From positions 248,001-312,000 of the forward strand of contig NIVC01000575.1 in the NCBI GenBank assembly GCA_002269645.1: DNA of 64,000 nt, written 5' to 3'. Source of the DNA: Macrostomum lignano (taxonomy: Eukaryota). Positions within the stretch are counted from its first letter, which is position 1; the number at the start of each line of letters is the position of its first letter. Shown here one piece after another: positions 35,349-47,300 of this stretch. The notes under the pieces are model-generated. The model did no database searches. It was not told where the DNA came from and saw only the letters and a program-made list of their open reading frames with translations. A program made the position numbers and the translations under genes.

Positions 35349-38300
35349 TTAGCTGCTTCGCGGGAAGAATTTCTTAATGCCAGTCGCACCTTTCGGTGGC
35401 GGTTGCTGCTGCTGCTGCTGCTGCTGTTGCTGCGCCTGCGCTTGCGGCTGAGCCTGCGTCACCGGCTTGACAGACTTCAGCGTCACGCCGAACGGGTTTC
35501 GTAACGCTGAAGTTCCCGCCTTTGCTGGCTTCGGAGCCGGCCGAGGCGGCGGCGGCTTCTGCTGCGGCTGCGGCTGCGGCTTTGGTTGCGTCTGCGGGGC
35601 CTGCTGCTTTTCCGGCTGCTTTTCTTGTTTCTGTTGTTGCTGCTGCGGCTGCTGCGTCTGAGTCTGCGGCTGCTTCTCCGGTTGAGCTTTCAGTTCGGCA
35701 TCATCATCGTCCGGCTTGGACTTTGCCGCTGCTACGACGCCGGTGGCAACGCTGCCGCCGCTTGACGGCATCAGCCGCTCGCTGCTGGCGTAGACCTGCA
35801 AATTTATCGGAGCGTTAGTTAAAGTTTCGAGTCTGGGCAATTTTGAGCTGAGTCAGAAGCCACCGACTGTTAGTGGTTATTGGTTAGGGCTCAGTAACCA
35901 GGGGTTTCAGCCTAGTTGTTAGATCGCCAGACTCACGTCTTAAAGGTCGGAGGTTCGATTCCGAACCCAACTCGGAAAAAATTGTGCCCATTGAGAAAGA
36001 CACTTGACTCTGCATTGCTTCAGTCCCACCCAAGCTGTAAAATGGGTGCCAGCATTAGCTGGGGTAATTGAGGGTGTGTGTGTGTGTGTGTGTGTGTGGC
36101 GACCCCCAGTCCTTGGACTGAGCCTTCAGATGCGCCGCGCAATAGCTGCAGCTGAGCTGTCGGTTGCCCATCTGCCCATTTGCTCACCTGCTCATCGTAG
36201 GCCTGATAGAACCGCCTCCTGGCAGCGGCGTTGCTGCTGGCCATCTTCGATAGGCTGCTGGTGGAGCCGGACAGCGAACTGTCCGCATCGGCCGAGGACA
36301 CGTGCGGCGAGAAGCGGACAGTCGGGAAGGTCAGGTTGGTCTGCGACGAGGCCAGACTCTCCCGCGAGTTGGTCCGACTCGACGGCTTGATCCAGAAGCC
36401 GGGCGACGGGTCCGGGTAGGCCGTCACCTTCTTGACTGAGACGTCCGGACTGGCGGACCGTTTGGACCGGAACGGACTCTCGGCTCGGAGTAGCGAGCGG
36501 GCGGCCGACCAGTCCATGCTGATGGAGCGGTTGCCCAAACTGCCTGAGCCAGCCAGCTGCGGCTGCTGCGGCGGGCGCTGGAGCTGCTGCTGCTGCTGAG
36601 CTCCGGATGATCCAGCGACAGCGCCTATTGAACCGAACGGGTCGTCGGCGGAGGCGGTGGCGGCTCCTGTAGATGATGCGGCGCCAGCACCGATGCCAGA
36701 CGTGTTGCTGAGGCTGCTGGCGCTGTTCAGAGCGGATCTGTAGCTGCGATGCGGTTATTTGGTGCAAGATATTCAGTTTCCAGTGACATCCTGCCATATT
36801 TGAGTAACTTTGTGCATTTAAATAAGCAGTGTATGCGCAACTGTGTCTTCGAAATTAGCCTTTTGAGATCGACACGAGTGTGGGGACACTCGCTATCCAT
36901 GTGGGGACACTCACTATGTGGAGACGCTCCCTATTCATGTGGGGACACTCACTATCCGTGAAGAGACATTCCCTATTCATGTGGGGATACTCGCTATCCA
37001 TGCGGGGGCACTCGCTATGTGGAGACACTCCCTATTCATTTGGGGACACTCACTATCCGTGAAGAGACACTCCCTATCCATGTGGGGTCATTCACAATCC
37101 ATGCGGGGACACTCATTATCCATGTGGGGACACTCACTATCCGTGAATAGACACCACTATCCATGTGGAGACACTCCCTATCCATGTGGGGACACTCACT
37201 ATCCGTGAAGAGACACTCCCTATCCATGTGGAGACACTCCCTATTCATGTGGGGACACTCACTATCCGTGTGGGGACACCACTATCTGTGTGGGGACACT
37301 CACTATCCGTGAAGAGACACTCACTATCCATGTGGAGACACTCACTATCCGTGAAGAGACACTCACTATCCGTGAAGAGACACTCACTATCCATGTGGGG
37401 ACACTCACTATCCATGTGGGGACACTCACTATCCATGTGGGGACACTCACTATCCATGTGGGGACACTCACTATCCGTGAATAGACACTCACTATCCATG
37501 TGGAGACACTCCCTATCCATGTGGGGACACTCACTATCCATGTGGAGACACTCACTATCCATGCGGGGACACTCATTATCTGTGTGGGGAACTCAATATC
37601 TGACTCCTGTCCGAGTCTCAGACCGGTTCTATTTTTCTTTAACCATCACAGAGCTTCTACTCAGCTCACCTCAGCTTGCCCTGCTTAGCGAATCCGCCGG
37701 CTGATTTGTCGTGTCCGCTGACGCGACTCTTGAATTTGACAATGTCGTCAACAATCAGCTTGATGGAGGCCCTGAGCTGAAATGTCAAGCATACATTGTA
37801 TTTTGATACACTTCTGAATGTTCAACAGGAAACCCGTCACCGTCAGGGTGCCCACCGCACCTCATCCTGCTTGGCTGGCAACTCCTCACAGCCCTCCTGC
37901 AGTTTTAAAGCGTCAGCATCTTCGACAGCGTTGAGAAATCGGTCCAGCCACTGGTCCAGCATCACCCGGAACTGCTCGGTGGAGAACTGTAGCGATACTT
38001 TCTCGCCCTGCCAGCGCTTGCGCTCCCTCAGCAGCGTGTCCTGCAGGCTCTCCGCTCGGCTGCGCCACTCAACCGCGTCCTGACGGAAGCTGTCAGCCTG
38101 GAGCGTAAAATCGCATTTAAAGGTACGCTAGTACAGTGCGCCAACAATAAGTTAACGTGCCAAGAAAGTCAATGATCGACTCACCTGAGTGAAGACCAAC
38201 TCCATCTCTTCCACCCGCTGACTTAGCTGTACGACCTCCTGGCCCCATCGATCCAGATGCTCCATGCTCTTCTGGGCCAGTTTCTCCGTGAGCTCGCGGA

Positions 38301-41300
38301 CCTCTTTGCGCAGCCGGTCCAATTTCTTCTCTTGCTCAGCTAAGCGCACCTGATACTCGGATCGCTCGGCTTCAAACGCGGCGTCTCCAGCCCCGGCAAC
38401 AATCGGAGGCGCCTTCTTGCTGCCCGCAAAGCGCTGCAACACTTTGGGAATTTTCTTCTCCTCAACGAAACCACCGGCTTTGGATTTTAGCTCCAGATTC
38501 TCCAACTGCAGTCGGGACAGCTCCTCGTCGTGGTCCAGAGTCTGCTTGGAGAGCTGCTGCTGAAGCTGAACCAGACTGCGGTCTCGTTCAAGAAGCGACG
38601 CGTACAGCTCCTGCGCCTGCGGTTCCTTGCTTGTGCTGGCCTTCTCAGACTGGAAGGAGCCGAGATTGGAGCGAGAGCTTTATTAATATATCTACCAAGA
38701 GTAGCAAAGGCTGGTTAGATCAATACACCCTGGGGTCTACCTACTAATTCAGTTAGTCTGCAGGGGGGGGGGGCTTTATTGGCAGTGTTGCAAATCAGGG
38801 CGACGCAGGTACACTCAACCTAAATTTCTCATATGGTCAGAAATGTGGATGCTTTATACCTTGCGGACCGGCCCTAAATGAACCTAAAGAGCATGAATCC
38901 ATTAAATTGATGTGGCGAACCCGAGGAATCCTGAGTGTCACCACTGAGCAGCTCCTCTTCTCCCCTTTCTACTATAGAAACAGATATAGCTTGTCTACAA
39001 AAGGTACTGGCTATGTTGCAGGTGTAAATATCCTCCTAGTTATCTTCTCAGACGCGGCACAAACCCAATGCAAAGCCCGCTGCAGGGCGTCCTTCTCGCG
39101 TGCCCAGCAGTCTCTGTCATTCTTCAGACGCTCCTTTGTGCTGTAGTACAGCTCGCGAAATTCTTCAACCTCGCGCTGGTAGGCCTCAACCTGCAGCTTC
39201 AGCGTGATTTGCTGATGCGTCAGCTGCAAGTAGATCTTCTCCACCTGTTCCAGGTGCTTCAGACGAACTTGAATATCCATGGGCACCGGGGTGTCTGTGT
39301 CCTGTATGTCAGGGAAATTAGATTTTGTGAGCAGAACGCAAACACCTGGAAATTCGAACTCAATGGCTTACCCTCTCCAACAGGCTGGCGGGCGAGCTCA
39401 CGGACTGGAAGCCGCTGTCCCCCGCGGCCGTCCGCTGCCTGCTGCCGTTGTTGCCCGATCCGCCCGCCAGCAGAGTCAGATCCCGCCTGGCCGATTCCAG
39501 CTCCCGCCTGGCCTCGTCTCGCTCTTGGCGCAGCTCCGCGCAACGCCGCTGCGCCTCCTCCCTGGCCTGCTCGGCGCTCCGCCCCGCCTGCTCGCTGCGC
39601 TGCCGCAGCTGCGCCGCCTCGTCCGCCTGCCAGTCGCGGCTGGCCTCGGCCTCCTCGAGCTGGCAGCGCAGGCTGCGGCCCTCCTTCTCCTGCTCCGCCA
39701 GCTGCTGACGAAGCGTCGTCAGCTCCGTCTCGGCTGTTGTGAGCTTCTGATTGGCTTGCTTCAGAACTCCGTCCAGGTCGGAGATCTCGCGTTCCCGGTT
39801 GGCCAGCCTGGTGTTGATTAGGCCGATCAGCTCGTCCTTTTCCCGGATCCGGTCGTCCCGGTTGCGCACCGCCTCCTGGTAGCCGCGAAGGCGCTCGTCC
39901 GCCTCTGACAGCTCCACCTTGCGCTCGGCCAGCTGGTCGCGCAGCTCTGCCAGCTGACGCTCCTTGTCCGTCGCCGAGGTGATGCTGCGGTGCAGCTCCT
40001 CCTTTAGTCTGGCGCTCTCCGTGTTCTTCTCCCGCACGCCTGCAATCGAATGCGGGCTAGTTGCTAAGAAAAGCTTGTTGCTAAGTGGTTGTTAAGCTGC
40101 CTAATTTTGTTGTTAATCATAAATAACTCTCGGTTGATTGCATAATTTAAGGTTACAAGGTTGTTACAACATTAAAACAGTAAATTGAGGAATCAGTTTT
40201 AAACAATTAGCTCGTATAAATGAGACGACAGAATTAATTGCTCGTCTGCAGTGCAAAAGTGCACGGAGCGCGCGATAAAAAACAACTACTAATTATATAA
40301 GACTGACGATAAGGAATTAAGGAAACGTGACGGCTGCCGCGAGATAGCTAGAGGACACAAGGATAAAAGTTTTGGCGTTTGGTTCCATGGACCACAAATA
40401 TAGGTCAGGTGTAAAATAAATAAAGCTTGCATAAACCATAGTAAGCAATTAAAGTAGAGAAATAAGTTCGCATTTAAGTGTATCACGAGTCTTACCACCA
40501 CCGCAGTTGCTCACCCGACTGAACTGTAGCGCTCTTTCAAATCTGCGACACGAATCGGAGACAGCTAGTCAGTCATATGACTGTATTTCAGGCTCGAACA
40601 TGCAAGTGAAAACCTTTGTTAATGGAATCTAGAAGGGCATCATGCACTGTGAAGTGGGAACCCAAGCTCGGGACGCCAGCACTCACTCGAAAATTGGCTC
40701 TTGAGCAGATGCAGCTCATTTTTCAGCCGTTCAAATTCCCTATCAGCCTCTTGAAGCTTGCGCTGCAGTCCGCGGATCGTGTCATCCTGCTCAAATATGT
40801 GCTCCTCGCGCAGGCGAAGCTCCTCGTTGAGGATGTGCAAGTTCTTGTCTGACGCGGATTTGTCCTTCTCCATCTTGGCCACCTTGGCCAGCAACTGGTC
40901 GTGTCGTTTCTTCAGCTCCATCAGTTCATTGCGCTGCGTGTCCAGCGCCCGCGACCGGTCCTCGATGCGGCTCTGCGTCGACGCGGCTCGACTCGATCCG
41001 GCGGCTTCGCCAGAGTCGGCGTCGTCAACTAGGAGCTTCAACGCTTCATACATCTTGCGGCTCTGGTCCAGCTTGGTCTGGCACTCCTTCAGCTGAGCGT
41101 CCTTGTCGCTGATCTGCATTGGTAAAGGGGGGTCGAAGGATCAGTGAAGGATGAAGGATGACGATGAATGACGATGAAGGATCAGTTGGTCTGCAGAGGC
41201 GCTGAAGCGAGGAGGCGAGCAGTCAGGCACATTCCGCAGGCACGCACTCACACTGGGTGTACAGCGACCTCGTGTTCATTTTGGGGATTGGCCCTCACGG

Positions 41301-44300
41301 GCGTGACCAACCCTGCGATAATTTTCGTGCCACGCATGGAATCGGACCCAGGGTACTTTGGCAAGATAGTCAGACTCACGATAACCCGGTACTTCTCGTT
41401 GTCCTTCTCCTCCCGTTTCTGATCCTCGCTCAGGGTCTCCAGTCGTCTCTGATAGTGCCGAGTTCGCTGTCTCTCCTCCTTGAGCAGCGATTCGAGGCTT
41501 TGCAGTCGTTCTCGAAATTTGTTCTAGAATTATTTCGTGCTGAATGTTTGGACTCGATGCACGATTGATTTCTTGCTGTTCACGATTTCTTTGATAGGCT
41601 CAAACTGAGTCCTTCAGCTCCCATTTGATTGGGATTATCTACATGTAGCTTCCCGCATCACTGGCGATCCCGCACCAGCTCCTAATATCACTGGTGATCC
41701 CGCACCAGCTCCCAGCGTCACTGATGATCCCTCACTAGCTTCCCGCATCACTGGCGATCTCGCACCAGCTCCCAGTATCACTGGTGATCCCGCACCAACT
41801 CCCAGCGTCACTAATGATCCCTCACTAGCTCCCAGAATCACTGGTGATCCCGCACCAGCTCCCAGTATCACTGGTGATCCCGCACCAGCTCCCAGCGTCA
41901 CTGATGATCCCTCACTAGCTCCCAGTATCACTGGTGATCCAGCACCAGCTCCTAGTATCACTGGTGATCCCGCACCAGCTCCCAGCGTCACTGATGATCC
42001 CTCACTAGCTCCTAGTATCACTGGTGATCCCGCACCAGCTCCCAGTATCACTGGTGATCCCGCACCAACTCCCAGCGTCACTAATGATCCCTCACTAGCT
42101 CCCAGAATCACTGGTGATCCCGCACCAGCTCCCAGTATCACTGGTGATCCCGCACCAGCTCCCAGTATCACTGGTGATCCCGCACCAGCTCCCAGTCCCA
42201 TCGGTGATCCAATAATGTTGCTCCAAGTCCCACCGGTGATCCCTAGATGCAAGACCACCGCTGTCCTTGTGAGTCCCAAGCTTTACAAATAATTTTGACC
42301 CCTCTCCCCCCCCCTCGCTCGTAAACAAGGATCTGCTGTAAACCCACATCAGCTGGTACTCACATCCCAATAGTGCACATCCTGCACCTCCGACTGCAGC
42401 TGCTTCTCGCCGCCAGCAGCGAAGACTTCATCCTTGTCAGTTGATCTGTCCGCCTTTCCGCTGTCCGCAGCTGCCAAGGCCGGTTTGCCTCCATCGCTGC
42501 TGCTGGAGTCAGCTGAGCTGGAGACGGAATGAGGGTGGGGCAGAAATGAAAAGTCAACAGGTTGCTTTGCTTTGGTTGCTCTCTCTCACCCATTGCTTCT
42601 AACGCAACTGAGATTCCAAGGTTGAGATTCTGAGGAGTGAGATTCTGAAGGGCGAGATTCTAAAGGGGTGAGATTCCAAGGGTGAGATTTTGAGGGGTGA
42701 ACTTCTAAGAGGTGAGATTCTAAGGGGTGAAATAGGGGGGGGGGGGGCGTAGCCCAGCGGTAGCGCAGCTGCTCTGGTGTGCCAGCGACCCAGGCTCGAT
42801 TCCAAGTGCAGTCACATTAATTTGGGGCTGAATTGGAATCTCGGCTTGGCTCTGCTCGTGCAATTAACGGCCTTGAGAGCCAACCCCAAGGCGCAGTGAA
42901 GTGTACATGCATATCGATAAATAAAGTTAGGGCCGCTGTACACTCCTGTGTGAGTGTGTGCCTGCGTACGTATCCGCGCGCTTGTATGCCTGCTCAGGGG
43001 AGTCGGCGGAATGGGCAGTAATGCCTCTCGCCGGTTGTGTGCCTATGTCGCTTAAAGTGCGCCAGGGTGCACACAACCCCCCTGCCTCTAAAAAAAGGGG
43101 TGAGATTCCAAGGGGTGAGATTCTAAGGGGTGAGATTCTATGGGGTGAGATTCTAAGGGTGAGATTCTGAGGGTGAGATTCTGAGGAGTGAGATTTTGAG
43201 GGGTGTGAGTGAGTTTTAGGGTTGGGATTTTAAGGAGTGAGATTCTGATGAGTGAGATTCTGAGGGTAAAATTCTGAGGAGTGAGATTCTGAGGGTAAAA
43301 TTCTGAGGAGTGAGATTCTGGGGGTAAAATTCTGAAGAGTGAGATTCTGAGGGTAAAATTCTGAGGAGTGAGATTCTGAGGGTGAGATTCTGAGTAGTGT
43401 GAGATTTTGAGTGAGATTCCGAGGGCTGAGCTTCTGAGGAGTGAGATTCCAATGGGTAAGATTCTAAGGGGTGAGATTCTGAGGATGAGGTTTCAATTTC
43501 AGGTTGATACAATTCGAAGTGGTCTCCCATTTCGAACTCGGTGCTCACCTTTCGTACTCGTACATAAACCTGCGCCGTAAGGTCACCAGCGAAAGCAGAT
43601 CTCCCAACAATTCATTCTGCTTCTGCAGCTTCTCCAGCTGTTCGATGAAGAATCTCTCGTCCTCTTCGTAGGTGCGCCGGCTCTCTTGAAGCTCCTCCTC
43701 TAACGATTTCAGTCTGGCCTGCATGCTCTCCGCGTTTGAGTCGCTTTTCTTGATGACGAGCAGAAGATCCTCTGCGGAATCGCGTTGGGTCACACTAATG
43801 TAGCTCCCAGTCCCACCGGTGATCCACTAATGTAGCTGCCAGTCCCACCGGTGATCCACTAATGTAGCTCCCAGTCCCACCGGTGATCCACTAATGTAGC
43901 TGCCAGTCCCACCGGTGATCCACTAATGTAGCTGCCAGTCCCACCGGTGATCCACTAATGTAGCTCCCAGTCCCACCGGTGATCCACTAATGTAGCTGCC
44001 AGTCCCACCGGTGATCCACTAATGTAGCTCCCAGTCCCACCGGTGATCCACTAATGTAGCTGCCAGTCCCACCGGTGATCCACTAATGTAGCTCCCAGTC
44101 CCACCGGTGATCCACTAATGTAGCTGCCAGTCCCACCGGTGATCCACTAATGTAGCTCCCAGTCCCACCGGTGATCCACTAATGTAGCTGCCAGTCCCAC
44201 CGGTGATCCACTAATGTAGCTCCCAGTCCCACCGGTGATCCACTAATGTAGCTGCCAGTCCCACCGGTGATCCACTAATGTAGCTGCCAGTCCCACCGGT

Positions 44301-47300
44301 GATCCACTAATGTAGCTCCCAGTCCCACCGGTGATCCACTAATGTAGCTGCCAGTCCCACCGGTGATCCACTAATGTAGCTCCCAGTCCCACCGGTGATC
44401 CACTAATGTAGCTGCCAGTCCCACCGGTGATCCACTAATGTAGCTCCCAGTCCCACCGGTGATCCACTAATGTAGCTGCCAGTCCCACCGGTGATCCACT
44501 AATGTAGCTCCCAGTCCCACCGGTGATCCACTAATGTAGCTCCCAGTCCCACCGGTGATCCACTAATGTAGCTGCCAGTCCCACCGGTGATCCACTAATG
44601 TAGCTCCCAGTCCCACCGGTGATCCACTAATGTAGCTGCCAGTCCCACCGGTGATCCACTAATGTAGCTGCCAGTCCCACCGGTGATCCACTAATGTAGC
44701 TCCCAGTCCCACCGGTGATCCACTAATGTAGCTGCCAGTCCCACCGGTGATCCACTAATGTAGCTCCCAGTCCCACCGGTGATCCACTAATGTAGCTGCC
44801 AGTCCCACCGGTGATCCACTAATGTAGCTCCCAGTCCCACCGGTGATCCACTAATGTAGCTGCCAGTCCCACCGGTGATCCACTAATGTAGCTCCCAGTC
44901 CCACCGGTGATCCACTAATGTAGCTGCCAGTCCCACCGGTGATCCACTAATGTAGCTCCCAGTCCCACCGGTGATCCACTAATGTAGCTGCCAGTCCCAC
45001 CGGTGATCCACTAATGTAGCTCCCAGTCCCACCGGTGATCCACTAATGTAGCTCCCAGTCCCACCGGTGATCTACTAATGTAGCTCCCAGTCCCATCGTA
45101 GCTTCTATTTTCGGTAAAGAAGCAGCCTGCAAAGATTTTCTAAGAAACGAACTTTTGCGTCCAGCTAATTTAGGGTCGTCGATGGCCTCAACCCGAACTT
45201 GAAGCAGATGTACCATCGCAGAATCGAACCCGGGACTTTGGTCTCGTACTACATCAGGGGTCGACAAACTTGAACCGCTCAATGTTCATGTTTCTTTTTA
45301 GCTCTTTCCTCGTCTCTCCCCTCTTCTCTCTCCTCTCTCAACTCTCCTCTCCTCTCTCAACTCTCCTCTCTCATCTGGCCCTTGAGAAGTTTGCCGACCC
45401 CTGTGCCACATCCAACATGCTGCACTCACCAACTTCGTCCTCGAGGTCGCCAACCTCGCGAATAAGCTCCGCCTTGGTGGCATTCTCCAACTCTTGAATG
45501 CTTTTCTTCACTGAGCTCTTCTGCGCCTGAGAATTGGAATTTTTCTCGGCCAGCTTGTCCAGCTCCATCTTGAGGCTGGAATTCTCGCCCTCCAGTTCGC
45601 CGACTCGTCGACGCAGCTCGGTAACCTTCAGATCGAGCTGCTTCTTGGCTTCGCTGGCTTCGATCCATTTCTCCTGCAGGGCGAAGTCTTCGGCGCCCAG
45701 CTGTGCAGCGGCTGTCACTTTGGTTTTCATGTCTTCGAGGTCCCTGTCGATCTCGGAGAGCAGGCTCTGCGCCTCCGGCGAATCTGCAGTCGCATGGGTT
45801 CATGAATTTCGCTTTTGATGTTTCTGATGTTGGTTAGCTAGCAAACAGGAATAAAAATTTAGGAATAAAAAGTGCAAGTGTACTTTTATGTGTGTCTTCG
45901 TAAGGTTTAAGTGTACTTTTATGATAGTTTATTGTAGGTGTACTTTTATAAATGTGTCTTCGTTATGTCAACGTTTACTTTAATGAATGTGTGTCTTCGT
46001 TAGGTATACGTGTACTTTTATGAGTGTGCGACGTGTGTCTTCGTTAGGTCTACGTGTACTTTTATGAATGTGTGTGTCTTCGTTAGGTCTACGTGTACTT
46101 TAATGATCGTTAATTGAAAGTGTACTCTTGTGTGTAAGAATAAACCTAATTATCCCGTCTATATCCGAGATTGCGAGATAGAAGTACTCACTGTACTTAT
46201 ACACTGCCTTTTGTCTGAGCTCGCCATGGGCAGTCTGGTGGCCTTCGCCGCCCTCTTCCAGCCTGCCCTCCAGCTCGTTGACATCCCGCCGCAGCGCGCG
46301 ATTCTCCCTCTCCAGTTCGGCCATCTTGCGCCGCAGTCCCGCCGCCTCCCGTTCCAGCTGTTCGTCGAGCTCCGCCTCAACGCTTTCGTCGCTGCCGTAG
46401 CGACCTCGGCCGCCGCTGCCTCCGCTGCCGCCTTCGCCTGCGCCACCCCCGCTGCCGGAACCGCTGCCGCCTCCGCCTCCACCGCCACCGCTGCCGCCGC
46501 CGCCGCCAATCTTGTGCAGCTTGGCCGTGAGTCCCTCGTTCTCCTCTTCAGCCTCTTCGAGTTTCCGTTTGAGAATTTTCGCCTCCTCCTTGGAGAAGCG
46601 CAGCTGCTCGACCAGGTCGGTCTCGCGCTCCTTGGTTGCCGTGAGCTCGCGCTTCAGGTGGTCCTCCTCGATTGAGGACTCGCGCGACACCACCGTGCCA
46701 AGGCGGGGCTGCGGAATCAGCGGAGCAAAAATTATTATTTCCCTAATATTCTCCGGCCAGCAATGCTTGAATCCGACTCACCCTCGGACTGGACTTGTCC
46801 ACCACCTGGAGAGGCCCGGAGTCTGACAGGCCCGCGTCCGATCTCACTTTGTCGAGCTGTAAATTTTGTATTTTGATTTTGAAATAAAGTTGAGTTTGTG
46901 CACAGGCGGCTTGGCCACAAATCAAAGCAGCAGAAGGCCAGCTTAACCCTCCTTTTATTTTTTATTGGAGTCAAGAGGGTTGTGTGCACCCTGGCGCACT
47001 TTAAGCGACATTGTCACACAACCGGCGAGAGGCATTGCTGCCCATTCCGCCGACTCCCCTGAGCAGGCATACAAGCGCGCGGATGCGTACAAAGTCAGTC
47101 ATACGCACAGGCACTCACACAGGAGTGTACAGTGGCCCTAACTTTATTTATCGATATGCATGTACACTTCACTGCGCCTTGGGGTTGGCCCTCAAGGCCG
47201 TTAATTGCACGAGCAGAGCCAAGCCGAGATTCAAATTCAGCCCCAAATTAATGTGACTGCACTTGGAATCGAGCCTGGGCCGCTGGCACCGCGTCAGACC

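Noticed and set aside
40515-40542. 28-nt micro-exon with good-looking AG/GT sites in a SOGA intron
   Set aside because: It is phase-incompatible with its neighbours. Exon 40687 (phase 1) joins 40039 directly.
41635-42279. 214-aa GAGSPVILGA ORF as an elastin- or silk-like gene
   Set aside because: It is a 30-bp intronic minisatellite. The SOGA exons on either side splice in phase without it.
42744-42810. tRNA genes at 42744, 35901 and 45205-45250
   Set aside because: A/B boxes are present, but there is no complete cloverleaf and they continue into SINE bodies or are truncated.
45060-45200. Extra SOGA exon using GT/AG sites inside the 32-bp repeat (intron gain by tandem duplication)
   Set aside because: It is phase-possible but AT-rich and not coiled-coil. 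The simpler join 45430 to 43771 (CCGCAG|AG) fits better.
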